Positions 1-11,654 of a DNA stretch of 64,000 nucleotides are shown in pieces. Source of the stretch: Marinicella sp. GTDB taxonomy: Bacteria; Pseudomonadota; Gammaproteobacteria; Xanthomonadales; Marinicellaceae. Made by a program: the position numbers and the translations under genes. The stretch lies in contig OZ246001.1 of assembly GCA_965230295.1 (NCBI GenBank), positions 864,001-928,000 of the forward strand, in the 5' to 3' direction. Each line of letters opens with the position of its first letter. Position 1 is the first letter of the stretch. Below the pieces are notes generated by a model. The model was not told where the DNA came from. It saw only the letters and a program-made list of their open reading frames with translations, and ran no database searches.

Positions 1-100
1 CCATAAAAGTCATGGCCAATATCGTGAACGATGCAATGACTTCAATCAAGGTAAAACCCTGGTTGGCCAGTGGTGGCTTTATGTTTGATCTGCGCATCAT
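1..100 (-). CDS. gspI: T2SS minor pseudopilin GspI (only the 5' part is in the window)
   Basis: Manual translation MMRRSNIKPPLANQGFTLIEVIASFTILAMTFM carries the prepilin G/FTLIE motif; ATGA overlap with the gspH stop; follows gspH. Confidence 0.8.
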   Translation of the reverse strand, partial: MMRRSNIKPPLANQGFTLIEVIASFTILAMTFM

Positions 101-543
101 ATCTCGGTGTCTTTGAACAACCTGATTTCACCAGTTAACCAAGCCACATTGATGCGCCAAAAACGCTCATCATAAATCAAAGTCACTCGACCACCGGTTG
201 AACTGCCATCAGAAAAAAAACGAAACCCCGCTTGATCATCAGCTGGGACTTCTGATGCAGCCGCATAAACCTTCAGCTCCATGCCTTCTGGCAACATAAC
301 CTTGGGTCGACCAGGTGCTTGGTAAGATTTATCACTGACATTGATCATCAAGCGTTGTTCTTTGTGTTTAACCACCGCCTGTGAACGGGTGTAGCGCAAA
401 GCCGCCACCAGATCTTTACTGGCGCCTCTGATCTTGCTGGCTTTCAGAGAGCCTGACATGTTGAAGGCAACGGTGCCAGCCAACACGGCCAGCATCACCA
501 ACACCACCAAAACTTCTATCAATGTAAAACCAGATCGACGCAC
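97..543 (-). CDS. gspH: T2SS minor pseudopilin GspH
   Basis: GFTLIEV N-methylation site; C-terminal FFSDGSSTGG..INVAWLTG typical of XpsH/GspH; follows gspG. Confidence 0.9.
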   Translation of the reverse strand: MRRSGFTLIEVLVVLVMLAVLAGTVAFNMSGSLKASKIRGASKDLVAALRYTRSQAVVKHKEQRLMINVSDKSYQAPGRPKVMLPEGMELKVYAAASEVPADDQAGFRFFSDGSSTGGRVTLIYDERFWRINVAWLTGEIRLFKDTEI

Positions 544-558
544 TGTGATGCCTGTTAC

Positions 559-972
559 TTACTGCCAATTACCGATGTCTGCAGCCAATTTCTCGCCGCC
601 TGGACTCTTGTCTTTACCGTATGAATAGATATCAAACGATTGACCATGTTGGCTGTTGGCAGAAAAGTGGTATGGCTCGCCCCAAGGATCTTTCAAATCC
701 TTTTCTTTGACGTAAGGGCCCATCCACATGGAATCACCATTGTCGTTGTACAACTCACTTAAACTGTCGGGCATGTTGCCTGTGTCTAAATAAAATTCGC
801 TGACTGATTGCGATAATTTTTGCACCATAATCTTGGCTTCTTTGTATTTCGCTTTGTCTTGACCTCCGGTTACATTGGAAACCACCAGACCAAATATCAC
901 GGCCAATATGGTCATCACCACCAGCACCTCAATCAAGCTGAAACCTTGCTGTTTTCTCTTATTGTTCATCAT
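559..972 (-). CDS. gspG: T2SS major pseudopilin GspG
   Basis: GFSLIEV prepilin motif; W.GPY...KDPWG.PY and SYGKD..PGG motifs. Confidence 0.95.
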   Translation of the reverse strand: MMNNKRKQQGFSLIEVLVVMTILAVIFGLVVSNVTGGQDKAKYKEAKIMVQKLSQSVSEFYLDTGNMPDSLSELYNDNGDSMWMGPYVKEKDLKDPWGEPYHFSANSQHGQSFDIYSYGKDKSPGGEKLAADIGNWQ

Positions 973-977
973 AAATA

Positions 978-2189
978 TTATCCTACTAATTCACTCATGT
1001 TCATCATCGGCATCAGGATGGCAAACACAATGGTAAAAATAAAGCCTGCCAAAATCAGTACCAATACGGGCACCAATACCGACAGCATGCGTTCAATGGT
1101 ATTTTTGACTTCACCATCATAAGTATCTGATGCCCTCACCAGCATCTCATCTAAATTGCCTGTTTCCTCACCTACGCTCAATAATTGTTGTGCCAGTTTT
1201 GGAAAGGCTTCTTCTTCGGACAACGCATCTGACAGCGGTGCCCCATGTTTGACTTTTTCTGTGGCCTCCGTGATGGCCTTTAAGATGACCGTGTTGTTGA
1301 TCACTTTTTTTGCCACCGATAAACCCGTTAACAATGGCACACCGCTGTCAGCCAGTGTACCCAGTGTACGGGTGAATTTAGCAGTTTCAACACGCGTAAT
1401 CAATTCGCCGAACAGGGGTAAATTAAGCATGCGTTGGTCCCAGTTATACCGAAATTCGGGTTCTTTGAGTTTTTGCTTAAACAACACCACCACGACGATG
1501 ATCAGCAGCAACAAAACCCACCAAAAACTTTGCACCACAGCAGCGGCCGCAAAGACTATTTGGGTGATCAATGGCAATTCAATGTTGGCATCTTCGAACA
1601 AAGGCTTGAACTTAGGCACCACTTTGGCCAGCAAGATGAACAAAGAACCCACTGCCAACACCATTAAGATGGCTGGATAAATCATGGCTGAAACCACCGA
1701 ATCCCTGAGTTCTTTAGAGCTTTTCAAATAATCACTCAAGCGCTGTAATGACACTTCTAAGGTGCCACCCATCTCGCCAGCCCGGACCATGTTGGTGTAC
1801 ATCGTTGAAAACACCCCATGTTGGTCTTCCAGCGCATCTGACAAAGATCCACCACCACGGACTTTATCACGCACCTGCTCAACCATGTTCCTGACTTTTT
1901 CATCATCGGTCAGATCAATCATCACCGACAAAGAACGATCCAGTGGCATACCTGAATTCAACAAAGTTGATAGCTGTTCAGTGAAAAACCCGACTTGTTT
2001 TTGGGAGATCTTACTGCGCCTGGCCAACAAGTTTTCCAGTGAAAATCCAGGCTTAAGCTCTTTGGCGGATACCGGCATGTTGCCGGCTTCTTGAATTTTA
2101 GCAATCACTTCGGCTTGCGAGGCCGCTTCTAAATGACCTTCTAACTGTTCACCGGTTGGGGTGATTGCTTTGTAGATAAACTGTGCCAT
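978..2189 (-). CDS. gspF: T2SS inner membrane platform protein GspF
   Basis: Two T2SSF repeats (MVRAGEMGG, VGEETGNLD); three TM segments. Confidence 0.95.
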   Translation of the reverse strand: MAQFIYKAITPTGEQLEGHLEAASQAEVIAKIQEAGNMPVSAKELKPGFSLENLLARRSKISQKQVGFFTEQLSTLLNSGMPLDRSLSVMIDLTDDEKVRNMVEQVRDKVRGGGSLSDALEDQHGVFSTMYTNMVRAGEMGGTLEVSLQRLSDYLKSSKELRDSVVSAMIYPAILMVLAVGSLFILLAKVVPKFKPLFEDANIELPLITQIVFAAAAVVQSFWWVLLLLIIVVVVLFKQKLKEPEFRYNWDQRMLNLPLFGELITRVETAKFTRTLGTLADSGVPLLTGLSVAKKVINNTVILKAITEATEKVKHGAPLSDALSEEEAFPKLAQQLLSVGEETGNLDEMLVRASDTYDGEVKNTIERMLSVLVPVLVLILAGFIFTIVFAILMPMMNMSELVG

Positions 2190-3919
2190 TATTCGTGTGA
2201 TACCCTGATTACTTCTTCAAAGCTGGTGTCACCAGCCAAACATTTCAACAAACCATCTTCATACATCGTTAACATGCCTTCTGCTTGTGCTTGTTGTTGC
2301 AACTCACCTGCCGTTGCACCTTTCATCACCATGCGCCTGAGTTCCTCAGACATGGTCAAGCATTCCAGAATCGACATCCTGCCAGAATACCCTGTCGGAT
2401 TTTCTTCTGATGGCCTGGGACGATAAAAGAATATTTCTTTGTCATCTGAAAAACGCTGTAAGTTCAACTCGTCAACCATTTCTGGCATCACCTGATACCG
2501 TTCCATGCTGTTCTTATCCAGGCGGCGCACCAGTCGTTGGGCCAACAACCCATTGACCGTTGAAGTTAATAAATAGTCTTCAACACCCATATCAACCATC
2601 CGGGTGATACCGCCGGCAGCTGAGTTGGTGTGAATGGTTGACAATACCAAGTGCCCAGTTAAGGCTGATTGAATGGCGATTTTGGCCGTTTCTAAATCAC
2701 GCATCTCACCAATCATGATGATGTCCGGATCTTGTCTTACAATGGCCCTCAAGGCAGACGAGAAATCCAGGCCGATGGAAGCTTTGGCTTGAATTTGATT
2801 GATACCTGTCAACTGATACTCTACCGGATCTTCAACCGTAATGATTTTGCGATCTTCGGTGTTAAGCCGCTGCAATGCAGTGTACAAGGTGGTGGTTTTA
2901 CCACTACCGGTTGGCCCAGTCACCAACAGAATCCCATGCGGCATTTCCAGCACTTTTAAAAACGGATTCAAGGTGTGGTCGCGAAAACCCAACTTATCAA
3001 AATCAAAAACAATACTTTCCCGGTCCAAGATACGCATCACCACTGACTCACCATATGAAGTAGGGACAGTCGACACCCTGAGATCCAACTCTTTACCCTG
3101 AACCCGCAGCATGATACGTCCATCTTGCGGTAACCGACGTTCAGCAATGTTCAGCTTAGCCATGATCTTGATACGCGAAATTACCGCTGCAGTTGATCTC
3201 GCTGGCGGCGATTCAACTTCATGTAACACGCCATCCAGGCGGTAACGAACTTTCAATCGGTTCTCAAAAGGTTCTATGTGAATGTCGGACGCTCGAGATT
3301 CTACAGCTCGCTGCATAATCATGTTCACCAATCGAATCACCGGCGCCTCACTGGCCAAGTCTTTCAGGTGTTCAACATCTTCTACTTCACCGCCTTCATC
3401 TGACAGGCCTTCAACCAACTGACCCATGGCAGATTTACCACCGCCATAATATCGCTCTATGGCATTTTCCACATCCGATGGTAAGCCTATCTTGATTTCC
3501 AAGTCCTTTTCAGCAACCATATTAATGGCTTTGGTTAAGTACTCTTCATAAGGATAAACCATCACCACAGTCAACTTTTCCTCATCTTCATCAATTGGTA
3601 CAAATTGGTTCTCACGCATGTATCTGATTGGAAACTCCACATCAACAGATGTACTTTCTGGCAAATCTTTATCACTGAGGATGGGCAGATCCATCAATTC
3701 ATTGATTGACATGGCCACATCACGCTCAGAAGCCAGACCCAACCTGACCAACAATGGCACCAAAGAAACGCCAAAGCTTTCTTTATTCAATCGCAATCCG
3801 CGTTGCAAGTCTTCTTCTTTCAAACGCCCTTGGTCAACCAAGTATTGACTCAGTTGTTGTTCAAAAGTGAGCGGCTTTACTGGCTCAGTTTGTGGTTCTT
3901 CAATTACCTTTTCAGACAT
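2189..3919 (-). CDS. gspE: T2SS ATPase GspE
   Basis: Walker A GPTGSGKT, ASDIHIEP, RQDPDIIMIGEMRD, AALTGHLV-like motif. Confidence 0.97.
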   Translation of the reverse strand: MSEKVIEEPQTEPVKPLTFEQQLSQYLVDQGRLKEEDLQRGLRLNKESFGVSLVPLLVRLGLASERDVAMSINELMDLPILSDKDLPESTSVDVEFPIRYMRENQFVPIDEDEEKLTVVMVYPYEEYLTKAINMVAEKDLEIKIGLPSDVENAIERYYGGGKSAMGQLVEGLSDEGGEVEDVEHLKDLASEAPVIRLVNMIMQRAVESRASDIHIEPFENRLKVRYRLDGVLHEVESPPARSTAAVISRIKIMAKLNIAERRLPQDGRIMLRVQGKELDLRVSTVPTSYGESVVMRILDRESIVFDFDKLGFRDHTLNPFLKVLEMPHGILLVTGPTGSGKTTTLYTALQRLNTEDRKIITVEDPVEYQLTGINQIQAKASIGLDFSSALRAIVRQDPDIIMIGEMRDLETAKIAIQSALTGHLVLSTIHTNSAAGGITRMVDMGVEDYLLTSTVNGLLAQRLVRRLDKNSMERYQVMPEMVDELNLQRFSDDKEIFFYRPRPSEENPTGYSGRMSILECLTMSEELRRMVMKGATAGELQQQAQAEGMLTMYEDGLLKCLAGDTSFEEVIRVSHE

Positions 3920-4006
3920 AAATTTTCATTTTTTCAATTGTTGCTTGGTACACATACCATTGCTTGTTTCACTCAGACAGTACATGAACTTTAAAGTTTC
4001 TTATGT

Positions 4007-4615
4007 TTACTGACTGTTTTGTTTACTATTGTACTGAGTTATTTCCTCAATAAAACTTCTATTCAATAAAACCCAGGCCATGATGGGCACCACTGCCGGG
4101 ATGATCAAATAGGACAGTTGATACATGGCTGCCACCAGATTGTGACTGATTCCTGTTTGATTGATGGCTTGAAAAGCATCTCCACCACCTGAGAACAACA
4201 AAGACTTACATGTGTCCCAAAATACGCCATTGGCTTGAACCAGACAAATCAGCACATAACCCAATGAGATTTGTATCGCCTTGTTGTAACTCTTCAGAGC
4301 AGGCACAGACAAAACCAAACCTGCAAGTAAGGGTAAGCCATAACCATACTTCATGGGGTTAACCGTTACTTCTATGACGGCCAGTTGGCTCCCCTGGTGT
4401 GGCAGTGATTCAGGAAAAACCAATGTTTGTACTTGAAACATAAAGTTTTGCTGAATGATGCCATTAAATAAATCAGGCTGCCATAGTTGCATCACCCATG
4501 CAGACAACCATTTGATGGGTAACACCAAAACTGGTGCCGCCATAAACCACAAAAAAAAGCACAAAGGTAAATACAACAATGCACTGATCAACAGGGTCTT
4601 AATTGGCGATTTCAT
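4007..4615 (-). CDS. Membrane protein resembling the exosortase H-associated membrane protein
   Basis: About 200 aa with about 4 TM; YLPLCFFLW start and VNPMKYGYGLPLL motif, recognised from memory. Confidence 0.6.
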   Translation of the reverse strand: MKSPIKTLLISALLYLPLCFFLWFMAAPVLVLPIKWLSAWVMQLWQPDLFNGIIQQNFMFQVQTLVFPESLPHQGSQLAVIEVTVNPMKYGYGLPLLAGLVLSVPALKSYNKAIQISLGYVLICLVQANGVFWDTCKSLLFSGGGDAFQAINQTGISHNLVAAMYQLSYLIIPAVVPIMAWVLLNRSFIEEITQYNSKQNSQ

Positions 4616-4624
4616 GGCAACACT

Positions 4625-7600
4625 TTAACCAACAAACAACCTGGCATTATAGAACATCCTCATCCAAGGTGAATTCTCACCCCAATCTGTTGGCGCAAAG
4701 GACATTTGAGCGGTGCGAAAGACCCTTTCCGGATGAGGCATCATGGCCAGCACACGACCACCGGCTCCACTGACTGCCGCCAATGACTGATCAGATCCAT
4801 TTGGATTAAAAGGATATGTCATGGTGGGATTACCATCGTTGTCTATATACTGTGCCGCCATTTGCGAATGATCAGCTCCGTGGGCAGCAAAATGTGCCCG
4901 CCCTTCACCATGGGCTATGGCCACAGGAATATGAGCGCCGGACATGCCTTTGAAAAACATGTTGTTGCTGTCGTTGATTTTCAGTTGTGAAAAACGCGCT
5001 TCAAATTGTTCACTTTCATTGCGCAAAAAATCTGGCCAATGGCTTGTTTCAGGGATGATCGAACGCAAACCAGACAACATCTGACAGCCATTACAAACAC
5101 CCAACGCAAATTTTTTCTCATCGGCAAAAAACTCAGTGAACTGAGCACGCAAAGTGGCGTTAAACAGAATGGTTTTCGCCCAACCCAAACCGGCACCCAG
5201 CACATCTCCATAAGAGAAACCACCACAAGCCACCAAGCCATTGAAGTCCATCAGGTTGACTTGTTGATCAATTAAATCTTGCATGTGCACATCCACACAA
5301 TCAAAACCAGCGCGCATAAAGGCAGCTGCCATTTCATTCTGACCATTGACGCCCTGCTCCCGCAACACGGCCAATTTCGGTTTTGGGTCATTTTTAAATT
5401 GTGAGATCAGGTTATTCTGATAATCGAAGTTCACCTGTGGATTGATGCCAGGGTTGTCTGCTTTAACAAGCTCATATTCCTGATCTGCCACAGCCGGGTT
5501 ATCTCTATTTTTGGCCATTTGATAACTGGTTGCTGACCAAATCGATTCCAATTCGCTCCTGGCCCATTCACAACCGCCATCAACATGTGTGATTTGAAAA
5601 CTGTCTTGATCGGTAATTATGCCAATGGGGTGTGTGATGGCATCCAGACCATAGGTATTCATCAACTGATCCAGAGCGGCTTTGTTTTCTGGTTTAACTT
5701 CAATCACCAGGCCAGGTTCTTCGGCAAACAAACAAGCGGTTGTATCATCAGACAATCCTGAAACATCCAAATGAACACCACAATGACCAGCAAAACTCAT
5801 TTCGGCCACAGTGGTCACCAAACCACCATCAGAACGATCATGACAAGCTTCCACCCAGCCATTAGCCAACGCCTTGTGCATCAATTCAAACAATTGCGCC
5901 AATTGACCAGGGTCATCTAAGTCAGGGCTGTGCTGGCCCATTTGTCCTTGTGTTTGGTAAAGCACCGATCCACCTAAACGATTCTTGCCAGCTGACAGAT
6001 CAATCAACCACAACTCATTGCCCACTGTGCCTGACAGTTGAGGGGTTTTGTGTTTGGTGACATCTTGCACAGGGGCAAATGCAGAAATGATCAATGACAT
6101 GGGCGCTGTCACACTTTTTTGTTCACTGCCATCGCGCCAATGTGTTTGCATTGACATGGAGTCCTTACCCACCGGTATCCCAATATCTAAGTCCGGACAC
6201 AATTCCATACCCACAGCATGAACTGCCTCATGAAGCGCCTGAAATTCACCAGGGGCAGAACTGGCTGCCATCCAGTTTGCCGATATTTTGATATCACCTA
6301 AGCGATCAATACCAACCCCGATTAAATTGGTGATGGCTTCACTGACAGCCATCCTTGCAGAGGCTGCAGGGTTCAATAAAGCCAGTGGTGTTCGTTCGCC
6401 CACTGCCATGGCCTCACCAGCCAGTGATTCATAATCCCGCAGAGTGATGCCACAATCTGCAACGGGTACTTGCCAAGGTCCAACCATTTGATCACGGTGA
6501 ATCAATCCGGATACGGTACGATCACCGATGGTGATCAAATATTTTTTACTGGCCACCGCAGGAAATGACAGGACCTGCTCAACTTGCTGCCGCAAGTTTA
6601 AACCAGTTGGCGTAAACGCATGGGTTTTGGGTGCGGTTGACTTGATATCAATGGCTGTTTTGGGCGTATTGCCAAATAACAAATCCATGGGTATGTCAAC
6701 CGGGCTGTTCTGAAAGTGGGCATCATTAACCCGCAAAGTCTGCTCAGCTGTGGCTTGACCCATCACTGCATAGGGGCACCGCTCACGCTTACAGATGGCC
6801 TCAAACTCTGACAACTTCTCTGGTTTGATCGACAATACATAACGTTCTTGAGATTCATTACACCAAATCTCCATGGGAGACATCGACACGTGATCTATTT
6901 GCAACTTCCTGAGTTCGATTTCTCCACCCAATGCGGCATCATCTAAAATTTCTGGTATGGCATTGGACAACCCACCCGCTCCGACATCGTGGATAGACCT
7001 GATTGGACTTTCTGCTTGTTTATACCAACACCGGTCGATCACTTCTTGGCAGCGGCGTTGCATTTCAGGGTTACCACGTTGTACTGAAGCAAAATCCAAT
7101 TCTTCTTGTCCATCGGCACTGCTGATGGAACTGGCCGCACCACCGCCCAATCCAATCAGCATCGCTGGACCACCTAAAACGATGACAAAGTCACCGGCCT
7201 GAGTATCTTGTTTACGGGTATGGATGTGATTGATGTTGCCCAAGCCACCGGCCAGCATGATGGGTTTGTGGTAACCTCGCCATGCGTTGGGTTCATCACA
7301 TGTTATTTCAAAATTCCTGAAGTACCCACAAATGTTGGGTCGGCCAAATTCATTGTTGAACGCAGCCGCACCAATGGGTCCTTTTTGCATGATTTCAAAT
7401 GCAGTGGCCATCCTGGTTGGTGTACCAGGTGAATTGCTTTCCCAATTTTGTTGATACTCGGGGATATGCAAATGACTGACTGAAAATCCACACAAACCGG
7501 CTTTCGGCCTGGCTCCTTGTCCAGTGGCAGCTTCATCACGGATTTCCCCACCTGAACCCGTAGCAGCACCAGCAAAGGGTTCGATACCTGTCGGGTGGTT

Positions 7601-8470
7601 GTGCGTTTCAACCTTAATCAGCACATCAATTTCTTGAGGGTCCGCATGGTATTGGTGATTGTGATCAGTGGTCATTCGAAGGCCTTTACCACCCGAAAAA
7701 ACCGCAGCATTGTCTTTGTAGGCTGACAATGCAGGAATGGAAGCTTTCGCTTCGGTATTCTTGATCATCTTGAACAGTGACTTGTCCTGCTGTTCACCGT
7801 CAATCCGCCAATCTGCATTGAATATCTTGTGTCTACAGTGCTCTGAATTGGCTTGGGCAAACATCATCAATTCAACATCAGTGGGCAATTTATCAGCCGC
7901 AGTGTATTGCTCATAAAGATATTCGATTTCGTCATCTGACAAAGCCAAGCCCAAAGATCTATTTAATTTCTCCAATGCTGATTTACCTTCAGTTTGGATA
8001 TCAACATAAGTCACGGCATTGGGTTTGTGGTGGTCGAACAAAGATTGCAATGAATTTAAGGTTGGGTAAAAACCTTCAGTCATGCGATCATGAATCATGG
8101 CATTGCCTTTTTCACAGGCTGTATTCACAGTAACCAACCTGCCAGCCTCGACGCGTGTTAATGAATCCAAACCACAATGCTGACAAATGTCCGATGCCTT
8201 GGTTGACCACGGAGAAATGGTGCCTGGTCTTGGCATAACCAATAGCTGATTGTCTGACAAATCTTCCCGGTAATGCTTTGCTGACAACAATTGCTCTAAT
8301 TGTTGGATTTGCTGCGGTGGCAAATCACCATTGATTTCAACCACATAAAAGTAAGCGGCTGACAACACTCGCTGATCGCTGTTGGCTTTAAACAATTCCT
8401 GATTGATTTTTTTGAGCCTGAATGGCGAATAAACTTGGGTTCCAACGAAGGTGAGAAGTTGAAAGGTCAT
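4625..8470 (-). CDS. purL: Phosphoribosylformylglycinamidine synthase (large fused form)
   Basis: 1281 aa; [17 protein letters not shown], glutaminase GVCNGCQ and MPHPER motifs. Confidence 0.99.
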   Translation of the reverse strand: MTFQLLTFVGTQVYSPFRLKKINQELFKANSDQRVLSAAYFYVVEINGDLPPQQIQQLEQLLSAKHYREDLSDNQLLVMPRPGTISPWSTKASDICQHCGLDSLTRVEAGRLVTVNTACEKGNAMIHDRMTEGFYPTLNSLQSLFDHHKPNAVTYVDIQTEGKSALEKLNRSLGLALSDDEIEYLYEQYTAADKLPTDVELMMFAQANSEHCRHKIFNADWRIDGEQQDKSLFKMIKNTEAKASIPALSAYKDNAAVFSGGKGLRMTTDHNHQYHADPQEIDVLIKVETHNHPTGIEPFAGAATGSGGEIRDEAATGQGARPKAGLCGFSVSHLHIPEYQQNWESNSPGTPTRMATAFEIMQKGPIGAAAFNNEFGRPNICGYFRNFEITCDEPNAWRGYHKPIMLAGGLGNINHIHTRKQDTQAGDFVIVLGGPAMLIGLGGGAASSISSADGQEELDFASVQRGNPEMQRRCQEVIDRCWYKQAESPIRSIHDVGAGGLSNAIPEILDDAALGGEIELRKLQIDHVSMSPMEIWCNESQERYVLSIKPEKLSEFEAICKRERCPYAVMGQATAEQTLRVNDAHFQNSPVDIPMDLLFGNTPKTAIDIKSTAPKTHAFTPTGLNLRQQVEQVLSFPAVASKKYLITIGDRTVSGLIHRDQMVGPWQVPVADCGITLRDYESLAGEAMAVGERTPLALLNPAASARMAVSEAITNLIGVGIDRLGDIKISANWMAASSAPGEFQALHEAVHAVGMELCPDLDIGIPVGKDSMSMQTHWRDGSEQKSVTAPMSLIISAFAPVQDVTKHKTPQLSGTVGNELWLIDLSAGKNRLGGSVLYQTQGQMGQHSPDLDDPGQLAQLFELMHKALANGWVEACHDRSDGGLVTTVAEMSFAGHCGVHLDVSGLSDDTTACLFAEEPGLVIEVKPENKAALDQLMNTYGLDAITHPIGIITDQDSFQITHVDGGCEWARSELESIWSATSYQMAKNRDNPAVADQEYELVKADNPGINPQVNFDYQNNLISQFKNDPKPKLAVLREQGVNGQNEMAAAFMRAGFDCVDVHMQDLIDQQVNLMDFNGLVACGGFSYGDVLGAGLGWAKTILFNATLRAQFTEFFADEKKFALGVCNGCQMLSGLRSIIPETSHWPDFLRNESEQFEARFSQLKINDSNNMFFKGMSGAHIPVAIAHGEGRAHFAAHGADHSQMAAQYIDNDGNPTMTYPFNPNGSDQSLAAVSGAGGRVLAMMPHPERVFRTAQMSFAPTDWGENSPWMRMFYNARLFVG

Positions 8471-8556
8471 GATGGCGGCAGTTAAAAAAACGTGTATTTT
8501 ACATGATGAAGCCTTGTCATAGCTTCACAGCATAATAAAAAAACAAGATTAAACCC

Positions 8557-8599
8557 AAAAAGCCGATAACGTGGTCATCACAACCCCATCATCGGCTTT
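8557..8599 (-). terminator. Putative intrinsic terminator after dsbC
   Basis: AAAGCCGAT...ATCGGCTTT inverted repeat followed by a U-run on the minus strand. Confidence 0.6.
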
Positions 8600-8619
8600 G
8601 TATTCAGTGAATGATTAGA

Positions 8620-9348
8620 TTATTTGCTGTTTGCAGCATCCAATCTTTGTTTTAACTGTTGTGGTGGTAGATAACCTGGCATCATCGTGCCATTATCCAA
8701 GACCATAGCAGGGGTACCAGATACGCCAGCAGACAGTCCGGCTTTGTAATGATCTGAAATCGGGTTATCACATTGTTTGGCTGCAACCGCTTCACCGGCT
8801 TTAGCCTTGGTCATGGCTTGTTGCTGATCTGCTGCACACCAGACATTCACCGCTTTATTGAATGACCCCGATTGTAAACCCGCTCTGGGGAAAAACAAAT
8901 ATGAGATACCAATACCTAACTCATTGTATTGTTCGATTTCTGCATGAAGCTTACGACAGTAACCACAATCAATATCGGTAAAAACAGTGATCTTATGTTC
9001 CATTTTTTCAGGGTAAAAATTAATTCTCTGAGAATCACCCATCTTGCCCATCAAACCCTTGCGAATGACCGATTTTTTTTGATCGGTTAAATCAACACGA
9101 TTTTCAATGTCGAACAATGTGCCATTGACAATGTATTTGCCATCTTCACTGATGTATAGAATTTCACTGCCACGACCTGCATCAACCATAACTTCTTTGA
9201 TGCCGTTAATGGGTGTATCTTCAACTGATACAACTTTGACAGTAGAGGCAGTCACCTTGCTCAGAGCGAGTTGATATTTCTTGATTTCCTCATCGGCAAC
9301 TACAGTGGTGGCCATAACAAGTATGGCTAATGTGGTAATAATTTTCAT
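8620..9348 (-). CDS. dsbC: Thiol:disulfide isomerase DsbC
   Basis: Signal peptide, FTDIDCGYC active site, GTP cis-Pro loop; xerD-dsbC synteny. Confidence 0.95.
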   Translation of the reverse strand: MKIITTLAILVMATTVVADEEIKKYQLALSKVTASTVKVVSVEDTPINGIKEVMVDAGRGSEILYISEDGKYIVNGTLFDIENRVDLTDQKKSVIRKGLMGKMGDSQRINFYPEKMEHKITVFTDIDCGYCRKLHAEIEQYNELGIGISYLFFPRAGLQSGSFNKAVNVWCAADQQQAMTKAKAGEAVAAKQCDNPISDHYKAGLSAGVSGTPAMVLDNGTMMPGYLPPQQLKQRLDAANSK

Positions 9349-9480
9349 TTTTTTTCCTTCATAATTTGTCTGTTAAGACAGCTAAAGAACATGTTTGTTC
9401 TAAAAAGATAGCCCATTCTATCTAAACACTGTGAAAAATCCATCCATATTTGAGATTTTATGGCTGCTGATAAATTAATA

Positions 9481-10374
9481 TCATCCTCTGGGGTGATGTT
9501 CTGTGTGAATCTGCTTCAGTTTTTCCTTGGCTACCAGGGTATATATTTGTGTGGTGGATAAGTCACTGTGACCTAACAGCATCTGAACAACCCGTAGATC
9601 TGCCGAATGATTCAGTAAATGTGTGGCAAATGAATGCCGCAAAACATGAGGTGATGGCGTAGGAACTATGCCTGCATCTTGAGCATGTTTTCTAATTCGA
9701 TACCAAAAAGCTTGGCGGCTCATTTTTGACCCCTTTTGGTTGATGAACATATGCCCTGCATGTTGTTGTATTATTTTTGCATGGTGCTGTAAATACACAT
9801 TCAACCAATCCATACAATCTTCACCAAACGGTATCAGCCTCTCCTTACCTCCTTTGCCCAAAACACGAACCACGCCTTGATTCAGATTCAACTGATTGAC
9901 ATTTAAACCTACCAATTCTGATACCCGCATCCCTGTGGCATACATCAGTTCTAACATGGTTTTATCTCTCAAACCCAAGGGTGTATCAACGTTGGGTTGC
10001 TGTAAAAGCTTATCCACCTGATTTTCGGTCAACGGTTTTGGAATGGATTGAGGCAACTTAGGAAGCATAACTGCAGCAAAGGGATTTTCCTTCACTTGAT
10101 GTGTGCGCTGTAAATACAGATAAAACTGTCGCAATGAAGATATTTTTCTTGCTACAGATTTGGCTTTAAGTTGTTGCTGATTGAGGTGCTTGATGTAATC
10201 ATGAGACACTTGACTACTTACCTGGATAAAATCAAAGTTATTGATTTTCAAGTGTTCAGCGAATTGCTTTATATCTGTTTGGTAACTAGAGATGGAATGA
10301 CTGGAAAATCCTTTTTCCAGTTTTAAATGCGTTAAAAATTGATCCAGGATGGCGTCAATTTCATTGAACAGCAT
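9481..10374 (-). CDS. xerD: Tyrosine recombinase XerD
   Basis: LMYATGMRVSEL, HVLRHSFATH, LGHSDLSTTQIYT, C-terminal HHPRG. Confidence 0.95.
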   Translation of the reverse strand: MLFNEIDAILDQFLTHLKLEKGFSSHSISSYQTDIKQFAEHLKINNFDFIQVSSQVSHDYIKHLNQQQLKAKSVARKISSLRQFYLYLQRTHQVKENPFAAVMLPKLPQSIPKPLTENQVDKLLQQPNVDTPLGLRDKTMLELMYATGMRVSELVGLNVNQLNLNQGVVRVLGKGGKERLIPFGEDCMDWLNVYLQHHAKIIQQHAGHMFINQKGSKMSRQAFWYRIRKHAQDAGIVPTPSPHVLRHSFATHLLNHSADLRVVQMLLGHSDLSTTQIYTLVAKEKLKQIHTEHHPRG

Positions 10375-11639
10375 CAGCTGCTACTACTACTTTCTCGCTG
10401 TGCTTTTTCTTCCAGAGTGGTTAAATGTGAAAGCCATTGTTGTGCATTGCTTCTGGCTTTTTCATATTTAACTGCGTTGTTGAAAGCTGTTCTGGCACGT
10501 GCATAATTTTTCAAGCTGGCTTGACTCATACCCAACATCAACCAGGCATTACCAGTTTTGTTGTTGTCCAATCCGCCCTTTTGCAGAGCAGATGTGATCG
10601 ACTCAACAGCCTTGGACCAATTCTCCATATCCAAATATAGATACGATCTGGTCAAATCCATGTCACCATCGGTAGCAAATTCGCTGGCTTTGTCATATGC
10701 ACTGAGTGCTTTTTCTAACTCTCTGGCTTCATACCAAACAGCTCCAGCTTGCTTCCAGTTTTTAAAATTGGATTCTACTTTACCTCCATCCAAAGAAGCT
10801 TGAAGTGATTCAGCGGCTTTATAAGGAATGTCGTTATAAGAGTACATTTTAAACAACTGCATATAATCACTTTCTTTTTCTAACAGGTTTTTTCTGTTTG
10901 CCAGTTCAAGCACGGCCAGTGATTTTTCATCTTCTTTCAGTGTGAAGTAAACAGAAGACAATTGCATCCAATAAGTCTTCTTATTGGGTGCTATGGTGAT
11001 TAAAGTCTGCAACACATCAGACATTTCACGGTACTCTGACAGTGAAGAATGGAATGCCAACAACAATTGATACCATGATTCTTTGGGCTTGTCTGCCAGT
11101 TGAATGGCTTGTTTGATGGCATCTTTGCCCTGCCTAAATTCTTCAAGCTGCGCATGGGCATTGGCCTTGACGGCAAAAGCCGTATCAGGTATTTCATCAA
11201 CCACTGCAAAATACTCATCCATGGCTTTCAGTCCACCACGATGATCCTCACCCAACATCAGTAACTGAGCCCTTTGCAACATCATTTGAAAATGTGTGGT
11301 GTTAGGCATGGAATTGATGTCAATGGACTTTTTAAAGTTCACCGCTGAAGATGCGTAGTTTCCTTGTAATGAATCAATGTGACCCAACAATTGGTATATG
11401 ACCGCTTGGACATAGCCATTGACACCCGATTTTTGAAGCATGGCAGTTAAACCGGATTTGGACTCAGCATATTTTTCATCAGCCAACATTTCACTGTAAC
11501 GTGTGATCTTCTTTTGCTGTGCTTCAGTCATAACACCGACTTGACCAGCAGGTTTTCTGATGGGGTTATCAGTTTTTAATGATCCTGCACTTACAACAAA
11601 TGTGGTCAAACAGAAAAGTAAAGCGATTAATTTTTTCAT
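10374..11639 (-). CDS. Periplasmic TPR protein of the TonB system (TtpD-like)
   Basis: Signal peptide and TPR-like helices; directly after tonB. Confidence 0.8.
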   Translation of the reverse strand: MKKLIALLFCLTTFVVSAGSLKTDNPIRKPAGQVGVMTEAQQKKITRYSEMLADEKYAESKSGLTAMLQKSGVNGYVQAVIYQLLGHIDSLQGNYASSAVNFKKSIDINSMPNTTHFQMMLQRAQLLMLGEDHRGGLKAMDEYFAVVDEIPDTAFAVKANAHAQLEEFRQGKDAIKQAIQLADKPKESWYQLLLAFHSSLSEYREMSDVLQTLITIAPNKKTYWMQLSSVYFTLKEDEKSLAVLELANRKNLLEKESDYMQLFKMYSYNDIPYKAAESLQASLDGGKVESNFKNWKQAGAVWYEARELEKALSAYDKASEFATDGDMDLTRSYLYLDMENWSKAVESITSALQKGGLDNNKTGNAWLMLGMSQASLKNYARARTAFNNAVKYEKARSNAQQWLSHLTTLEEKAQRESSSSS

Positions 11640-11654
11640 GTTAATTGTCCTCTG

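Noticed and set aside
9481-10374. Tyrosine recombinase as a sign of a prophage or integron
   Set aside because: Motifs and xerD-dsbC synteny identify housekeeping XerD; there are no phage genes or attC arrays.
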